This document shows positions 1 through 13,199 of a stretch of DNA of 64,000 nucleotides, piece after piece. The position numbers and the translations under genes were made by a program. Within the stretch, counting starts at the first letter, position 1; every line of letters starts with the position of its first letter. The DNA is from Lama glama (taxonomy: Eukaryota), in NCBI GenBank assembly GCA_028534125.1, contig CM052817.1, positions 93,994,001-94,058,000 on the forward strand. Direction: 5' to 3'. The notes below the pieces were generated by a model. That model made no database searches. It worked only from the letters and a program-made list of their open reading frames with translations, and was not told where the DNA came from.

Positions 1-463
1 GAAAAATGATTTTGAAAACTAGTGGAGCAACTGGAAAATAAAACACTGGGTAAATTAATCAAGGTTTGAGATCTGTGCCTTATCTCTGCATTCTTCCTAC
101 TGTCTTAGAACGTATCTTCATGACCTATATACTTAATTACAGTAAGATCCTGTGTGTGTGTGTGAATGTGTATTAGTATTTCACTATTTGTCTTTGTCTC
201 TCTACATAAATTGCCAAATTAATCTTAGCAATATCCTGCTTTGCTCATACCAATCCCTTGTGGAAAATGTATAATTCTCTTTAACCCAACATAAAAAAGT
301 ATGACAGTCTATGGCCATTATATGCACAAACAGTCCAGTGTTCCAGCAACCTTTCCCTCTTTCCATGCTTTTTATAAACTAGCTCTGTATCCTACCATTC
401 AAATTAATTTCTTATCATGCCAAACAGACGATCACATCTATAAGACCTCTCCCTTCCCACCTC

Positions 464-1029
464 TGAGATAGGAAGGATGGGAGCAGGTCACAGCCATTCA
501 AGAAACGACACAGCATTTAACATGAAGGTGGCAGAAAATTCAACTCTCAACAGGCCCTGAGGCCCAAGATGGCAGGAGATTTTGCTCCCAGTAGACCTTG
601 AGCTTCATTATATGATTGTAATACATTAACATGATAAATGGCACTTCCTCAGGTGCCATGGAAGTTCCAAGGCTAACCATAATAGGTCAAAAAGTGGGCG
701 GTGGTCCAGTTCCTGAGAATCTCAGCCCCTTTCCCCAAAATAGTTGGAATAATCCTCCCACTTGTTAGCCCATGAAGCTACCAAGCCCATAAAAACTAGC
801 AACACTGTGCCTTTCATCCTTTTGCTCCCTCGCCTTCCAAGTTGGCCCACACTCTGTCTATGGAGTATGTATCTCTCTAAATAAATCTACCTTTACTCAA
901 ATGTGGCTCACTCTTGAATTCTTTCCTGTGCAAAGTCAAGGACCCACACTTGGCAGGATGCATCCCAGGGACTCAGCTGAGACCTGGGACACGGCCATTC
1001 TCTCACCCTACATTTTTTTTCCTGTATCA
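464..1029 (+). mobile_element. Solo ERV1-class LTR, MER41-like
   Basis: TG...CA ends (tgagatagg...tgtatca); near 4-bp TSD cctc/cctt; AATAAA at ~880; 690-770 resembles the MER41 block 'cagttcc..gaat..cccctttccc..aa..gaataatcc' (recalled). Confidence 0.7.
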
Positions 1030-1379
1030 CCTTCACACTTTTACTACCGACTTTTTATAACCTAGCTGTATTTCAAGAATATGAATAAACTTGGCAACAG
1101 ATCTTTATTTAGCATTTTCTGTACACTAAAGATACAGTGGGTTCAGAATGAGAGAGATACATCTTACTGAAATGCCAGGGCTTGTCCCCTGAAAACAGCC
1201 GATTTTCTAAAATGGAGACAGTGACTTGGAGAGCTAAACTAATCAATTAGGGAAAGTCCATGCTGACAAGAACACACTCATATTTTTCAAAGCAAGTCAG
1301 CTATAGTTACTTTGAGCAGCACTGGAGAAGATCCTACCCAATAAAAAATGAGACCTTAAATCAGGAATCCTGGGATCCT

Positions 1380-1560
1380 TGGTAGAGTGGAAAGAACTGG
1401 CAATCAAATTCTCTGGCTTTGCCCTTATTTCACAATTAACTGTGTTACCTCAGGCAGTCTCTTAAACCCTCTGAGTCTTTTTACTCAGTTATATAAAACA
1501 GAAAAAAATACTGATCTGATTGACTCAAAGGTCTTTGTTAACTTTGAATTTCTATGACTA
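1380..1560 (+). mobile_element. MIR SINE fragment
   Basis: MIR core-like 'tgtgttacctcaggcagtctcttaaaccctctgagtc'. Confidence 0.5.
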
Positions 1561-2559
1561 GGAGGTAGTTCTGGCACTCCAACAGTTGATAAAGCAACTG
1601 GAGTAATTTATAACATCATCATAATTCACGTATGGCAAGCTCTCACATCCTGTATTCGTATATTTAACAAAGATGTTACATGTCTACCATATGTGAGGTT
1701 AGATTCAGAGAATGCAAAGTAAGACCCTGCTCTTGAGAAGATCATAGTTTAAGTTACATAAACCAAACAAATAGTTCAAAATATGCCATACATGCTATAC
1801 TAGGGTGCTATACTAGTTGCTATAATAACAAAGGGAAAGCAACTAACTCTTGGTGAAAGGTGAGGATGGTCAGAGGGTCCTTTGAAGGATATCATGTTTG
1901 AGATGAGCCTGGAGTCCTCCTGAGTGATCAGAATTCTCCATCCAGAGAGAGAACTTCTATTTATGGCCCATCAGGGCTGGTTATACAGCAGTTATAGATG
2001 CCTGGATATCCAAGGGACCTATGAATCATTAAAAAAAAAACTTACCCTTTAAAATAAAGCTGTACAAAAGGCCTTACCTTTTGTTCAGCTTTATTTTTAA
2101 GAAAAACAAGTCTTTGCTTGTTTTTTATTAATTTATGTGTTCTGAAACCAAGTTATCCTACAAATGAAGTTAGAAAAATTCATTCACAGGAAGGTATGGT
2201 TCATCTTGACATTTCATTCGCTTTTATAACTTTTGTTTGCAGCTGAGTAGCTCAATTGAATCATATGTTATAAGCTTTGCACAATGATAAAACACTTAAA
2301 ACTCTAGAACAAAACTATAACAGAGCGCTCAGAATTTTACAATTTTAAGAGATGTTTATAATTTCATCAGTTTTTGAAGTTTAGATTTCCAATGCTCATC
2401 ACAATGCCTGGTACATATTAGGTATCCCATAAATAGTTGTCAAATTTACACTGAATAAGTGGTTAAAGAAGTAGATGAAGGAACAGATGAATATAAGAGA
2501 CACGGCCTGGGGAGAGAGTCAAAAATAGCTAACACTATTTTTAAATACAGAGATTAAAT

Positions 2560-3014
2560 TCGACCACAAAATATTTTATGTTTCACTCCTCAAAAAGTAG
2601 GTTTTATTTCCCAACCCCTTGAACAAGGGCTGGCTTGTGATTTGCTCTGACCAATAGAATGTGGTAAAGTAGAGCTAGGAACTTCCAAGTATCAGACTCA
2701 AACTTTAGAACTCTGTTCTCATCTTCTTGAATGTCTGTAGTGACTATTAAAAAAAAACCCAGGCTATCCTGCAAAAGAGAACCTTTAAATAACACCCTTC
2801 CCCTCCAGCCAACAACCCAGATTAACAGCCAGACATACTCCCAGTGGAGCAGCCAGATTATAGCAGCCACACCAATGACCCCAAGAAAGCTCAGCACAAG
2901 AACCACCCAGCTGTACCGTGTCAAATTGCAGAATCATGAGTAAGTAAATAGGTTGTTGTTTTAAGCTTCTAAGTTTGGGGGTGCTTTTTTATACAGAAAT
3001 AAATAATTGATACA
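2560..3014 (+). mobile_element. MLT1-type MaLR LTR
   Basis: Typical MLT1 3' end 'aaataggttgttgttttaagcttctaagtttggggg...taattgataca', followed by an MaLR-internal-like start. Confidence 0.7.
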
Positions 3015-3637
3015 GAAATATGTAACTAGAAGTGGAGTACTGACTTAACAAAACATAAACATACATCATTGTATTTGGGATCACATGAATAGGGTGAGTA
3101 GAGGCTAGAAAAGGAAGAAGGATGGCTGGAGGAACGATGAACCAAATGTTAGTGGGGCCTGAGAGGCAGTGATGATTATTACCGGAATCTGGAAAAATAT
3201 AGAAACTCATGGTGTATAATGTGGGAATAATTGATAAAAACTCTTACCTGAAGTAACTTAGAAGCTAGATAATGTACCTAGAAGATATGTGGCTCCAGCT
3301 AGTGTATTAGGCAGACTATTGAAAGTGGCCATTGCCTTCTTTGAGCTATGTATAAGGTACAAGAAGAGAGAGATTATAAAGAAGGAATTGATCGGTTTGC
3401 AAACAGAATATACAGGATATACAGAGAGCCCTGGAATTGCTGGGCTGGACTTATTATTGTCATCCCAAGCTTCCCCAGGAAAGGAAAGGAAAGGAAAGGA
3501 AAGGAAAGGAAAGGAAAGGAAAGGAAAGGAAAGGAAAGGAAGGAAAGGAAAGGAAAGGAAAGGAAAGGAAAGGAAAGGAAAGGAAAGGAAAGGAAAGGAA
3601 GAGAGAAAAGAAGGAAGGAAGGAAGGAAGAAAGAAAA

Positions 3638-3704
<67 letters not shown>

Positions 3705-3950
3705 GGCCTTAGAGCAAAGACTGATTCAGGGTATGGCTGTATGACCCTTTCCTAAGACCTCAGAAAGATTTAAAATAGTACCCAGTAGACTGTCTCAATT
3801 AGACAAATGGCTACTAAGAGTCTTAAGGGTGTTTTCCTACAGTATACAGCGATGCTCCATCCAGAAAGAAGTCTGTCTCAAATTATGGATGTAACTTGCA
3901 TTAAAAGGGACTGAGGTCATTCAAATTGGAAAAGGCCTCCAATTTTCTAC
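3015..3950 (+). mobile_element. MaLR (MLT1) internal region, interrupted by a microsatellite
   Basis: Begins 'gaaatatgtaactagaagtggagtactg' right after the LTR end, as MLT1-int does; boundaries approximate. Confidence 0.5.
3477..3706 (+). repeat. Compound purine microsatellite (GGAAA)n-(GGAA)n-(GAAA)n
   Basis: Directly visible; ~230 nt of A/G only. Confidence 0.98.
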
Positions 3951-3952
3951 AG

Positions 3953-6285
3953 TCCTGGACACTGTGTTGTGCCATCCAGATTCCCCTTCAGGAATGAAGA
4001 ATTTAAATTTATCATCCAATTTTTAGTAACTTGGGCAGACGGCCAGCCCTAGGCTATAACCCCCTTTGGGAATTATCATACCTAAAGAAAGACACCTTGT
4101 CCAAAGTCATGTCTCTGTCCTAAGAATCCTATATCCAATAAATGACAAGTGTGTGTATATTTAGGCCTAGCCCTTTCTCCCCAGCTCATTCTATCTTCAT
4201 AACTCCCCAGATGGTCAGTTGAGGCCTCCATTCAGACTTCACTACAGCAGCTCAGCATTTCCTTCTGCCCTATCCTGCTTCCCTCCATCCCCATTCATCC
4301 ACAGACATAAATGCCACAAGCATTCCTAATAAACCTCCCCCACACTAATTCCATTTAGGACTCTACTTCCCGGGAACCCAACCTGCAAAACTTGGTACCA
4401 GGCTTGGAGAAAGAGAAAGTAGAGGTATATAAATGGACATGTAAGAGTGGGCATGAAGTATAAAATCTTTGTTTTACATGTTAATGCCCACCAGAAAGCA
4501 ACTCCCACAGAAGAGTCACTAAACAATGAGGTAATCAAAATGATTCAATCACTTGATATCAACCGTTCCCTATAATCTGCCATCCCAGTGCTGATGCAGT
4601 GGGCACATAAACTGAATACCTTTGGTGTCAGGGAAAGGGGCCTTGCATGAGTGCAGTAACATAAGCCCCTACTTGCCAAGGAAGCCCAACCTGCTAACAC
4701 CAAAGACCAGTGCTGAGTCCTCTATACAGCACCATTCCTTGAAAAGACCACCCATCTACCTGGTGGCAAGTTGACTGCACTGGACAACCTTCACCCAGGC
4801 AAGAGCAGAAATTCATTTTAATGAAAATAAAGATAAATTCTGGGTATTGGTTTGCCTTTCCTGCCTACAGTACCTTAGCCTGCACCTCTCTTAGAGGGTT
4901 TAATGAGGTATCCACCAGCCTGGGATCACATATAACTTCCTATCAGACTAAAGGACTCACTTTACAGCAAAAAAGGTATATATTTATACTCAAGTAAGGA
5001 CTGTGGAATTCACTGGTCATATCACATACCATACCATCCTGAAACTGCTGACCTCGTAAAGCAATGGGACAGCCTGTTGAAGTCACAGCTGAAATATATT
5101 TAAATGCGGTAATTTCTGAATATGGTGCACCATCTTCCAGGATGCAGTGTACACTTGGAATCAATAATATTTATATGGTTCCAGGTCCCCAATAGGACGA
5201 CTGCTTCTGTCTGGGAGCCAAGGGGCTCCTGTTTCCTATCACTTGCAGTACACATTAGGGAATGTATACTTCCCATACCTTCAATTCTAGGCTCAATGGA
5301 TTCTGAGCTCCTGTTTCCCAATAGGATACTGTTTATACTAGGATCTTCAGCAAGAGTTCCGCTGAACTACAAAATGTGGTCATCTGGGTATTTCAGGCAA
5401 TTTGTACTCAAGGATCAGCAGGCAAGAAGTCGCCATCTTGCAAGGATAACTGTCAAGGGTAGGCAGTACTACTGTTATATACTAGGAGTAAGGAATGTTA
5501 TGTTTGACACCTGTTCAACCATTTGGGATGTTGTAGTGCTCTTTGCCCGGTTTTGAAGGTAAACAGACAAGGGAAACAACTCTATTAATCAAGGGCTCAA
5601 ACCCCTCAAGGATGAGCCATGCCACCACGTAAGCCAATAAGACCACAAGTTCTAGCTGAGAGTGAGGGCAATATAAAATGGGTATTAAACATGGTAGAGG
5701 ATGAGGCTCAATTGCAAGACCATCTGCAATAGGCAGGAGGGTTGTAGTTTCTCCCAATAATCTTCCCCTTTGAAACCCAGAAGAGCTACTTCCAAACCTT
5801 TTAGGAAGAAATCTGAGCAGCATAAGAAATGGACTGTGGTGGGTTCTGTGATACGCTGCTCAGATTTCCCTTCAGGAATGAAAAAAAAAGATTATCCCAG
5901 CCTCTGAGTGTGCTACTGACAGGCAATCCTCAGTTGGCAACTTCCTTCTAAGATTGCTTCGGTCAAAGAGAAACGTCTCAACCATTGTCATACCCTCGCC
6001 TTGGGTGGCCTACATAGAATGACTGATCAATACAGTGGTGTCAAGGTCCACGTCTCTTACCTTAACTTGGGGTAGCTTTGAGGAGTCATCCTACCTTTAA
6101 AAGACTCTGTAGGGATAGGGGAGTCTTCTCTTAAGACTGCATCACAGCTTGAATTCTCCCCTTGCCCAATCCTACTCTCACCTTCCCTTCAACAAGTGTT
6201 GATCCTAAGAATACTACCCAAAAAATCTCCTGCAAACTAATCTTCAATAAGGAGAGAGTTTCCTAGGAAAGTCAGCCTAATGGCA
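3953..6285 (+). mobile_element. Internally deleted ERVL-class provirus with two LTR16-like LTRs (~3953-4390 and ~5835-6285)
   Basis: Both LTRs share 'cagatt(c/t)cccttcaggaatgaa'; internal part has degraded RNase H/integrase motifs (HVNAHQ ~4477, WQVD ~4764, D.GTHFT ~4946, PYH(P)E ~5030). Confidence 0.75.
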
Positions 6286-6369
6286 GACAGGATACAATCT
6301 GAGACTACTACTGGGCTGCAAACACCAGTCATTTCTTATGGACAGTATTCCATTTCAACAGACTAATAT

Positions 6370-6625
6370 ACTTCAATACAATTCAGGCACAAACCACCTT
6401 AGCGTAGACCCTACAAGTTAAGGGTTCAGTCCTCCACTAGACTGCTCTGACTTCAGATGCCAGCTGCAAGCTCAGGGGTTTTCCAGGACACCCACACTTC
6501 TGACCAACTGGCTGAAAACCCAAGGGTTCTCAAGACCCCTCAGGCTCTATAACTCACTAGCATGACTCATAAAATTCAGGAAAGCATATACTTACAATTA
6601 TAGTTTTATAAGAAAAGATGCAACT
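6370..6625 (-). mobile_element. MER21-like LTR fragment
   Basis: 'gttaagggttcagtcc...cttcagatgccag...cacttctgaccaactggct' resembles reverse MER21 (recalled). Confidence 0.55.
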
Positions 6626-6787
6626 CTGACTCTTCCCAAACTTGTAAAACAGAGTCAAAACCACTCATCAGTCATCACTTTATATTCTAAAATGTCTTTG
6701 TGCTTCCTAATATTATGTTACAATGTTTCCCTTTAAGTTCCAGAGAATACTTTGACGCAAGTATAGACATTTTAGAAATTAATTTCA

Positions 6788-7505
6788 TCAGGACGACACC
6801 TGCACCCCAATGTTCATAGCAGCACTATTTACAATAGCCAAAACATGGAAACAACCTAAATGTCCATCAACAGGTGACTGGATAAAGAAGATGTGGTATA
6901 TTTATACAATGGAATACTACTCAGCCATAAAAACCGACAACATAATGCCATTTGCAGCAACATGGATGCTCCTAGAGAATGTCATTCTAAGTGNNNNNNN
7001 NNNNNNNNNNNNNNNNNNNNNNNNNNNNNNNNNNNNNNNNNNNNNNNNNNNNNNNNNNNNNNNNNNNNNNNNNNNNNNNNNNNNNNNNNNNNNNNNNNNN
7101 NNNNNNNNNNNNNNNNNNNNNNNNNNNNNNNNNNNNNNNNNNNNNNNNNNNNNNNNNNNNNNNNNNNNNNNNNNNNNNNNNNNNNNNNNNNNNNNNNNNN
7201 NNNNNNNNNNNNNNNNNNNNNNNNNNNNNNNNNNNNNNNNNNNNNNNNNNNNNNNNNNNNNNNNNNNNNNNNNNNNNNNNNNNNNNNNNNNNNNNNNNNN
7301 NNNNNNNNNNNNNNNNNNNNNNNNNNNNNNNNNNNNNNNNNNNNNNNNNNNNNNNNNNNNNNNNNNNNNNNNNNNNNNNNNNNNNNNNNNNNNNNNNNNN
7401 NNNNNNNNNNNNNNNNNNNNNNNNNNNNNNNNNNNNNNNNNNNNNNNNNNNNNNNNNNNNNNNNNNNNNNNNNNNNNNNNNNNNNNNNNNNNNAAAAAAA
7501 AAAAA
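6788..7505 (+). mobile_element. Young 5'-truncated L1 (ORF2 C-terminus, 3'UTR in gap, poly-A)
   Basis: Peptide MFIAALFTIAKTWKQPKCPS..WIKKMWYIYTMEYYSAIK is the L1 ORF2 end; perfect 14-bp TSD agaaattaatttca at 6774-6787 and 7506-7519. Confidence 0.95.
6994..7493. other. Assembly gap (500 N)
   Basis: Run of N. Confidence 1.
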
Positions 7506-8129
7506 AGAAATTAATTTCAACTTTCATAATAAAATCGAAAGATCATGTTTCCATTTGTTTATTTTATTTACACACTCTAGACTAAATAAATTGTCCTTTC
7601 CACTTTCACAACAGACAAGATCGTATCTTTTTGAAACATCAAAATCTTTTGATGTCAGGGTCTACATCTGTCTTTCAAAGTTACTGATATCAACAGAAAT
7701 AAGTATAAAAACTTCTACAACTTTCCTGATTTGTGTTTTTAAATATTCTTGATAAGGTCATCTACGATACTTCCTACAAGAAACAACTTTCACATTCATT
7801 TATTCCTTCAATGGCATTTTCAATTATTCATTTAACATGCGCTTATGGCACATACCTGATACATATTAGGTGTTTGATGGGCATTGTGAATGAAGAGATC
7901 TTGAATTTTCTCTAGTTTGGAAACTGCTACAATTGTGAAGTTCTAAGAGCCCCATCATGATTTCTTGCATTTAAAGGAATAAAGGTTTAGCATTACAAAC
8001 TACTTAGAACTTATTCATTCGAACTACTAAATTTCAAACCAATGCTTTTTCCCCTTTCACTACTAAATTATGTCCTCTGAACATTATTTTATAATAACAA
8101 TTTTCATCTAACATGCTGAGCTTCCTTTG

Positions 8130-8557
8130 GTATCAGTTAGGATTATGTTTACCACTAAATAACTAAAAATTTGACTAAAAGTCATTTAAACCATGGGAAT
8201 TTATTTATATCGTGCAACAAGAAGTCTAAGGGTTGGCGGCTGAAAGGCTCAATGATGTTATCAAGCAAACAGACTCCTTCCATCAACTGTGCCAGCACCC
8301 TTGGCAGGGAGTTTTCCTGTTCGTGTGTGCAAGATGGCACTGCACCTGCAGGCACCTGCTAGGAACCATCTCATCCAGAAAGATGGGGGAAAATAAACAC
8401 TTATTTCATTTACCTCATCTACTTCACATGGCTCGACCTAGCTTCAAGGGAGTCTAAGGAGCATGAGTCTTTAAGATTTCTACTACTCTAGTGGAAGAAA
8501 AGAAAGGGAGGGGATTATAAAAGAATTTGGTACAGCCAATCTATAACATCTGCCACA
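8130..8557 (-). mobile_element. Old MLT1-type LTR
   Basis: 'gtatcagttaggatt...' start and '...catctgccaca' end, typical of reverse MLT1. Confidence 0.5.
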
Positions 8558-9540
8558 CCCTTCTGAAGCAGTTATTTTCAATATATTCCATTCCTCTCAA
8601 ACCAAATCAGAATCACTTTAGGGTGTCATCTTTCTCAGGTTAGTTGAAGTGAGAAAGGTCTGAGAGATATATATTATTCCAGAGAGAGATAAAGAGAAAT
8701 CAAATTTTCTTTTTTTTTCTTCCTGCTTTTGAAATATAGTTTGAATACCCAATTCTTAATGTTGGAAGTTCAGAGAATTAAACTCATCTCTCTGGGTTCT
8801 AAATTATAAAGTACTCTTACAAAGAACTTGTAACCGTAGAGTCCATTTTACTCAATCTAGACAAATACCCAATCAGTTTAAAATTCAGGTGTTTCTATTA
8901 ACAGTTGGATTTGAGAGTATGGATTGAACTTTAGACCGAGTGGTCTGCTAACAGATCTAACTCTGGATCCTGCTAACACTCTAACTCGGATCCTTAAAAC
9001 CCACTCAGCAGAGAGGCAGAATTGTAGTGCAGACTCTAAAGCCACTTGCCAGGCAGAGGTGACACGACTCTAGGGGGCTCAGGTCACATACACTATTTTG
9101 CAGCATGTAACATATAAGACAGAGGCAAAGGCCTTGCGGAGAGAGTGACAAGCTCTTCTTTACAGAGAGGAAAGCACTGCCCAATCTTTTTCAATTCTAT
9201 CACATAGTCAGGAATACAAGGAAAATCAAGAGAATAAGAGCCTGAGGTACCCTATTCTCCCATCCACCAAGCCACTCCAACTAGAAAAGCCTCGCTCCAG
9301 CACAAGATTAATTTCCATTCACCTTTCACATTGTAAACTTAAAGGACTTACTGCTTTTCCTTCATATATATCACAGTTAGTAATTATCTGTTTTTGTATT
9401 TGTTTCAAATCTGTTTTCCCTATTGAACCATCGGGTTAATCAGAATTACCAGATTACCCCCAAATTAATCAAATTATCTCCTTCAACTAACAAGGTGGAG
9501 AGAAGGATAAAAGCTTCCCTGCCAACCCATCTCCCTAGGG

Positions 9541-9760
9541 CAGGAGTCAGCAAACTGTGGCCTTTGGGTCAAATCCATCCAGACTTCTGTTTTTGTAAAG
9601 GTGTATTGGAAACAGCCATGTCTGGTTCTTTACTCACTACCTAAGGCTGCTTTCATGCTACAATGGAAGAGTCCAGTAGTTGTGACAAAGACCACATGGA
9701 TCACAAAACTGAAAATATTTACTAGCTAGGCCTTTACAGAAAAAAGTTTGCCAATCTCTT
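9541..9760 (+). mobile_element. MER58A-like hAT-Charlie MITE
   Basis: TIRs caggagtcagcaaac / gtttgccaatctctt; ~220 bp; body matches recalled MER58A. Confidence 0.8.
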
Positions 9761-10169
9761 CTCTAAAGCAATTGACTTGGCAAGACTTTTTGACTATATT
9801 CACAATAAAAAATATTTTTATTACAGTGCAATCCACTTGATATAATCATGTGTGTGTGTAGATATACAGATATATATGAAATCTGAAACAGATGTTTCAT
9901 AAGACAGCACTTCCCCCTTATCACATGTGATGTACTCATATTTTCTCTTCATTCATGTCATTTTTTTAAAGCTGGTCACAACCCACTAAACTGACTCCAC
10001 AACCCACTAATGATGAAACAAACTGCACCATCTCTGAATGGTTTCTCCCTACACTTAGATACATAGGAAACATGGAAAAGATGATAGCAGTTATTGTTCA
10101 TTACTCTAACTCTCTATTAAATATGTATTTCTTCAGTAAAGGGAAAGAACAGATTTGCCTATGATCAGT

Positions 10170-10520
10170 GTTCATTTATGCAACCAATATTTTAACAAAT
10201 ATTTATAAAATACATATATTCTGAGTTTTTGCTAGGTTCTATGAGTACAAAAGTGAGCAAAACAGACATGGAGCTTAGACTTCAATAGGGAAAACAGGTT
10301 TGAAACAAATACTCACAAAAATATATAATTACAGACTATGATATGAAGGAGACACACTAAGTTCCGTAAGGTTACAATGTGAAAGGTGAATTGAAATGAA
10401 TCCAGTTTTGGAGGGAGTGAAGCTTTTCCAGTTAGAATGGCTTTACTAGGGAAGTGAAAGTAAAATGATAACTTTAAGAATGAGAAGTTAACAGGCAAAC
10501 AGAATGGGAGAAGGGGACAG
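10170..10520 (-). mobile_element. L2 3' fragment
   Basis: 'ttcatttatgcaacc...aacaaatattta...aacagacatgg' reverse L2 tail pattern. Confidence 0.5.
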
Positions 10521-13199
10521 CAGTACCCAAACCAATCTTAATAATGATGTCAGCTAAGAGCTAACATTATACAATATCTATTATACTTCTCTAAGCACTT
10601 TACACATATCAAATCATACTTTAGGTAGAAAGAGGCAGATATGAAACCAGGATCTAAGCCCCAGGCAATACTATAACCAAAATACTTAATGAGATAAAAC
10701 AAGATGCTATTGAGTGTAGTTGGAAGAGAAACACATGTACTCCAACGACACTTGTATTTAAATCTCTATATGTCTGAGTAATCTTGGCAATTACTTAACT
10801 TCTCTGAGCTTCAGTTGCTTTATTATACAGTTAAATGTTACGAAGATTAAATTAGAGAGTATATTATACTATTGCCTGACATATGGTAAACATACAAATA
10901 TTAACCTTTTCTTTCTAAATCCTACCCACTCTCCAAACTCAGAGCTCCTTGAAGGTATGTGGCTAAATCTAAGTTCATTATTCATTCAACATACAAATTG
11001 CAGGGAAAAAATGGTATGTATTAGAAAAAAAATACAAAAGAGGCATTCCATCAAAATTCAAAGAGAAAATTATTTTCCACTTATAATGCTACATCCAACC
11101 TCCATCCAAGAAGGAGGAAGACATGGAAAGCAGCACACAGATGAAGGTATAGGCAGAGAGGGCTCCCAGCACGATGCTGAAGAGGAGTCTCAACAGGCCC
11201 ACAGGGCAGTCCGTCCCAGCTGGGGACCAGCAAGGGTCTGAGAGGGCTGTCATCAGGGAAAATGTAAATCTGACAAGTTATCAATGTCTTTGACCATGTC
11301 AAGAAGAATTTCAAAGTTCTATGGGAAATTTGGGGGCTAAATTTAGTAAAAGGAGCACAGTGGGGATAAAGCAGATTTTTAAAAAATAAAAGCAATTGTT
11401 AGTTCCATGAAAGATAAATATTGTACAAGAAAGGAAATATAAACATGGCTTAGCTATGAACAATATTTACACGTTTATAATTAGGTACACAATTATTGTT
11501 CATTTTCACAAAAATCATGACATATGTGTATGAGGAGGAGAGAGAGAGAGGGACTGTGTGTCTGTGGCTGGGTATGCAGTGGGTGGGAGAGGGGGACATA
11601 TGAAAGCTTTATCGTCATCTTCCATAGTAGGAAGTCAACCAAAGGAAAGTCTAAAATTTAAAAATTATTATCTCATCATTGTCTAATTTTTTTTGCTTTA
11701 AAGTGTTTTAAAATAAATATAAATTTAAAAATTAAAATTAAAAATCAAGAAAGAGTAGTATACAGAAACATAGTGGAAATAAAATAACAAGACATAAGCT
11801 AAAAAAAGAGTTGAAAGCAGTACAAAGGATACTGGGGGTGGGGAGGGTGGAGGAGAGAATGGCTGCTTTTGTTGTAAGCTTGGAGTGGTATCTGTGCTTT
11901 GGTATGCAAGAAATAAAAACATAAATTTAAAATAAAATTCAAATTAAATAAGCACCTCTGCAGACTCTCAGGAAAGGTTTTTTTAAAACCATTTAACTAT
12001 CCCTGGGAATCTCTTAGAATACTAGACAACGTCCTGGACCTCATAAAATAGATAATAAAAGCTTAACTGACTTCATATGAACATTTTATTTGGGCTCACT
12101 TGAATTCTATCTATAGTAACACTATGAGATACAAGCATCCCGTTTTACAAGTGAGAAAACCAGGCAAAATAATTGACTCAGCAGCACACTGTCAGTGCCA
12201 AGAAGTTGTGAGTGTAGATCCCACAAAGCATCAAAGACATTCAATTTCTCTTGAATATCAAACACATACACAATTCTAGAAGTCAAATAATTTTTTCAAG
12301 TGTCTATTGTAAATTTCTTTTACAGAAATATAATCATGTTCAAAGTGAAATTGGAAGTTGTTCACTAAACCATCTCTTAGCATATTTCTACTTTGTTATT
12401 TATTCCACTAGCTTATTTTCCTTTATTACTGTTCTATTACTTATTGTCAGTAATAAAATGTATTACAAATTCACAATATGTGAAAAGTTATCAAGAGCAA
12501 AAGAATACATGAGCTATAAAACTCTACAAAATCATGAACATTTATTTATGGGAATGGCAGACAACAAACAGGAATTGCATAGTGATGATCTTTGTGAACA
12601 CATATGTCCCAGAGTCAGATTCTATTTTTGATAAACTAGTCATTTAAGTGTGAAATTATAGAGAATGCCTATGATCCATTAGCACTCACAAATTTAATTG
12701 AGAAAATGTCTTTAATAATGTGAACAATCTATGGTAAAAAATGTGACTGAGGGTTAAGACTCCATTCAGCACCTAAATAACTCTAAGTAAATCAAACGTT
12801 CACTTTGTCCTTTGACAATCTTTAACTTAAAAATTCTTAAAAGGTGCTTATTTTGATATATACAATGACACTTGCCTCAAAATCTATTCCTAGTTAGATC
12901 ACCTAACTAAAAAATGATTCAAAAAGTTATTATAACTATTTTGGTGAGTTTTATCTTACTTCCCATATTCCATGTTCTATAGTAGGTTGGAGCAATGGAA
13001 ACAAATGAAAAAAGCAATTTCAACTGAAAGGAAGTATGAACTCCATCAATATATTCCTTGTTCCATCAAAAAAAAAAACCCCATATGCATATCTACCCAA
13101 CCGTGAACCCTCTTCTTTTGTATGACAGGTGTTCCTCACTCTTGGCCAAGTTGAAGATCTCCTAAAGTGCTTAGAGCCCAATACTTGATTTTTTTCCTT

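Noticed and set aside
3289..3755. K/E/R/G-rich ORFs in three frames
   Set aside because: Translation of the purine microsatellite, which cannot contain stop codons
6893..7752. Long ORFs with poly-X
   Set aside because: Artefacts of the N gap
10957..11395. 94-aa and 104-aa ORFs
   Set aside because: No recognisable domain or splice structure; the surroundings look like degraded old L1
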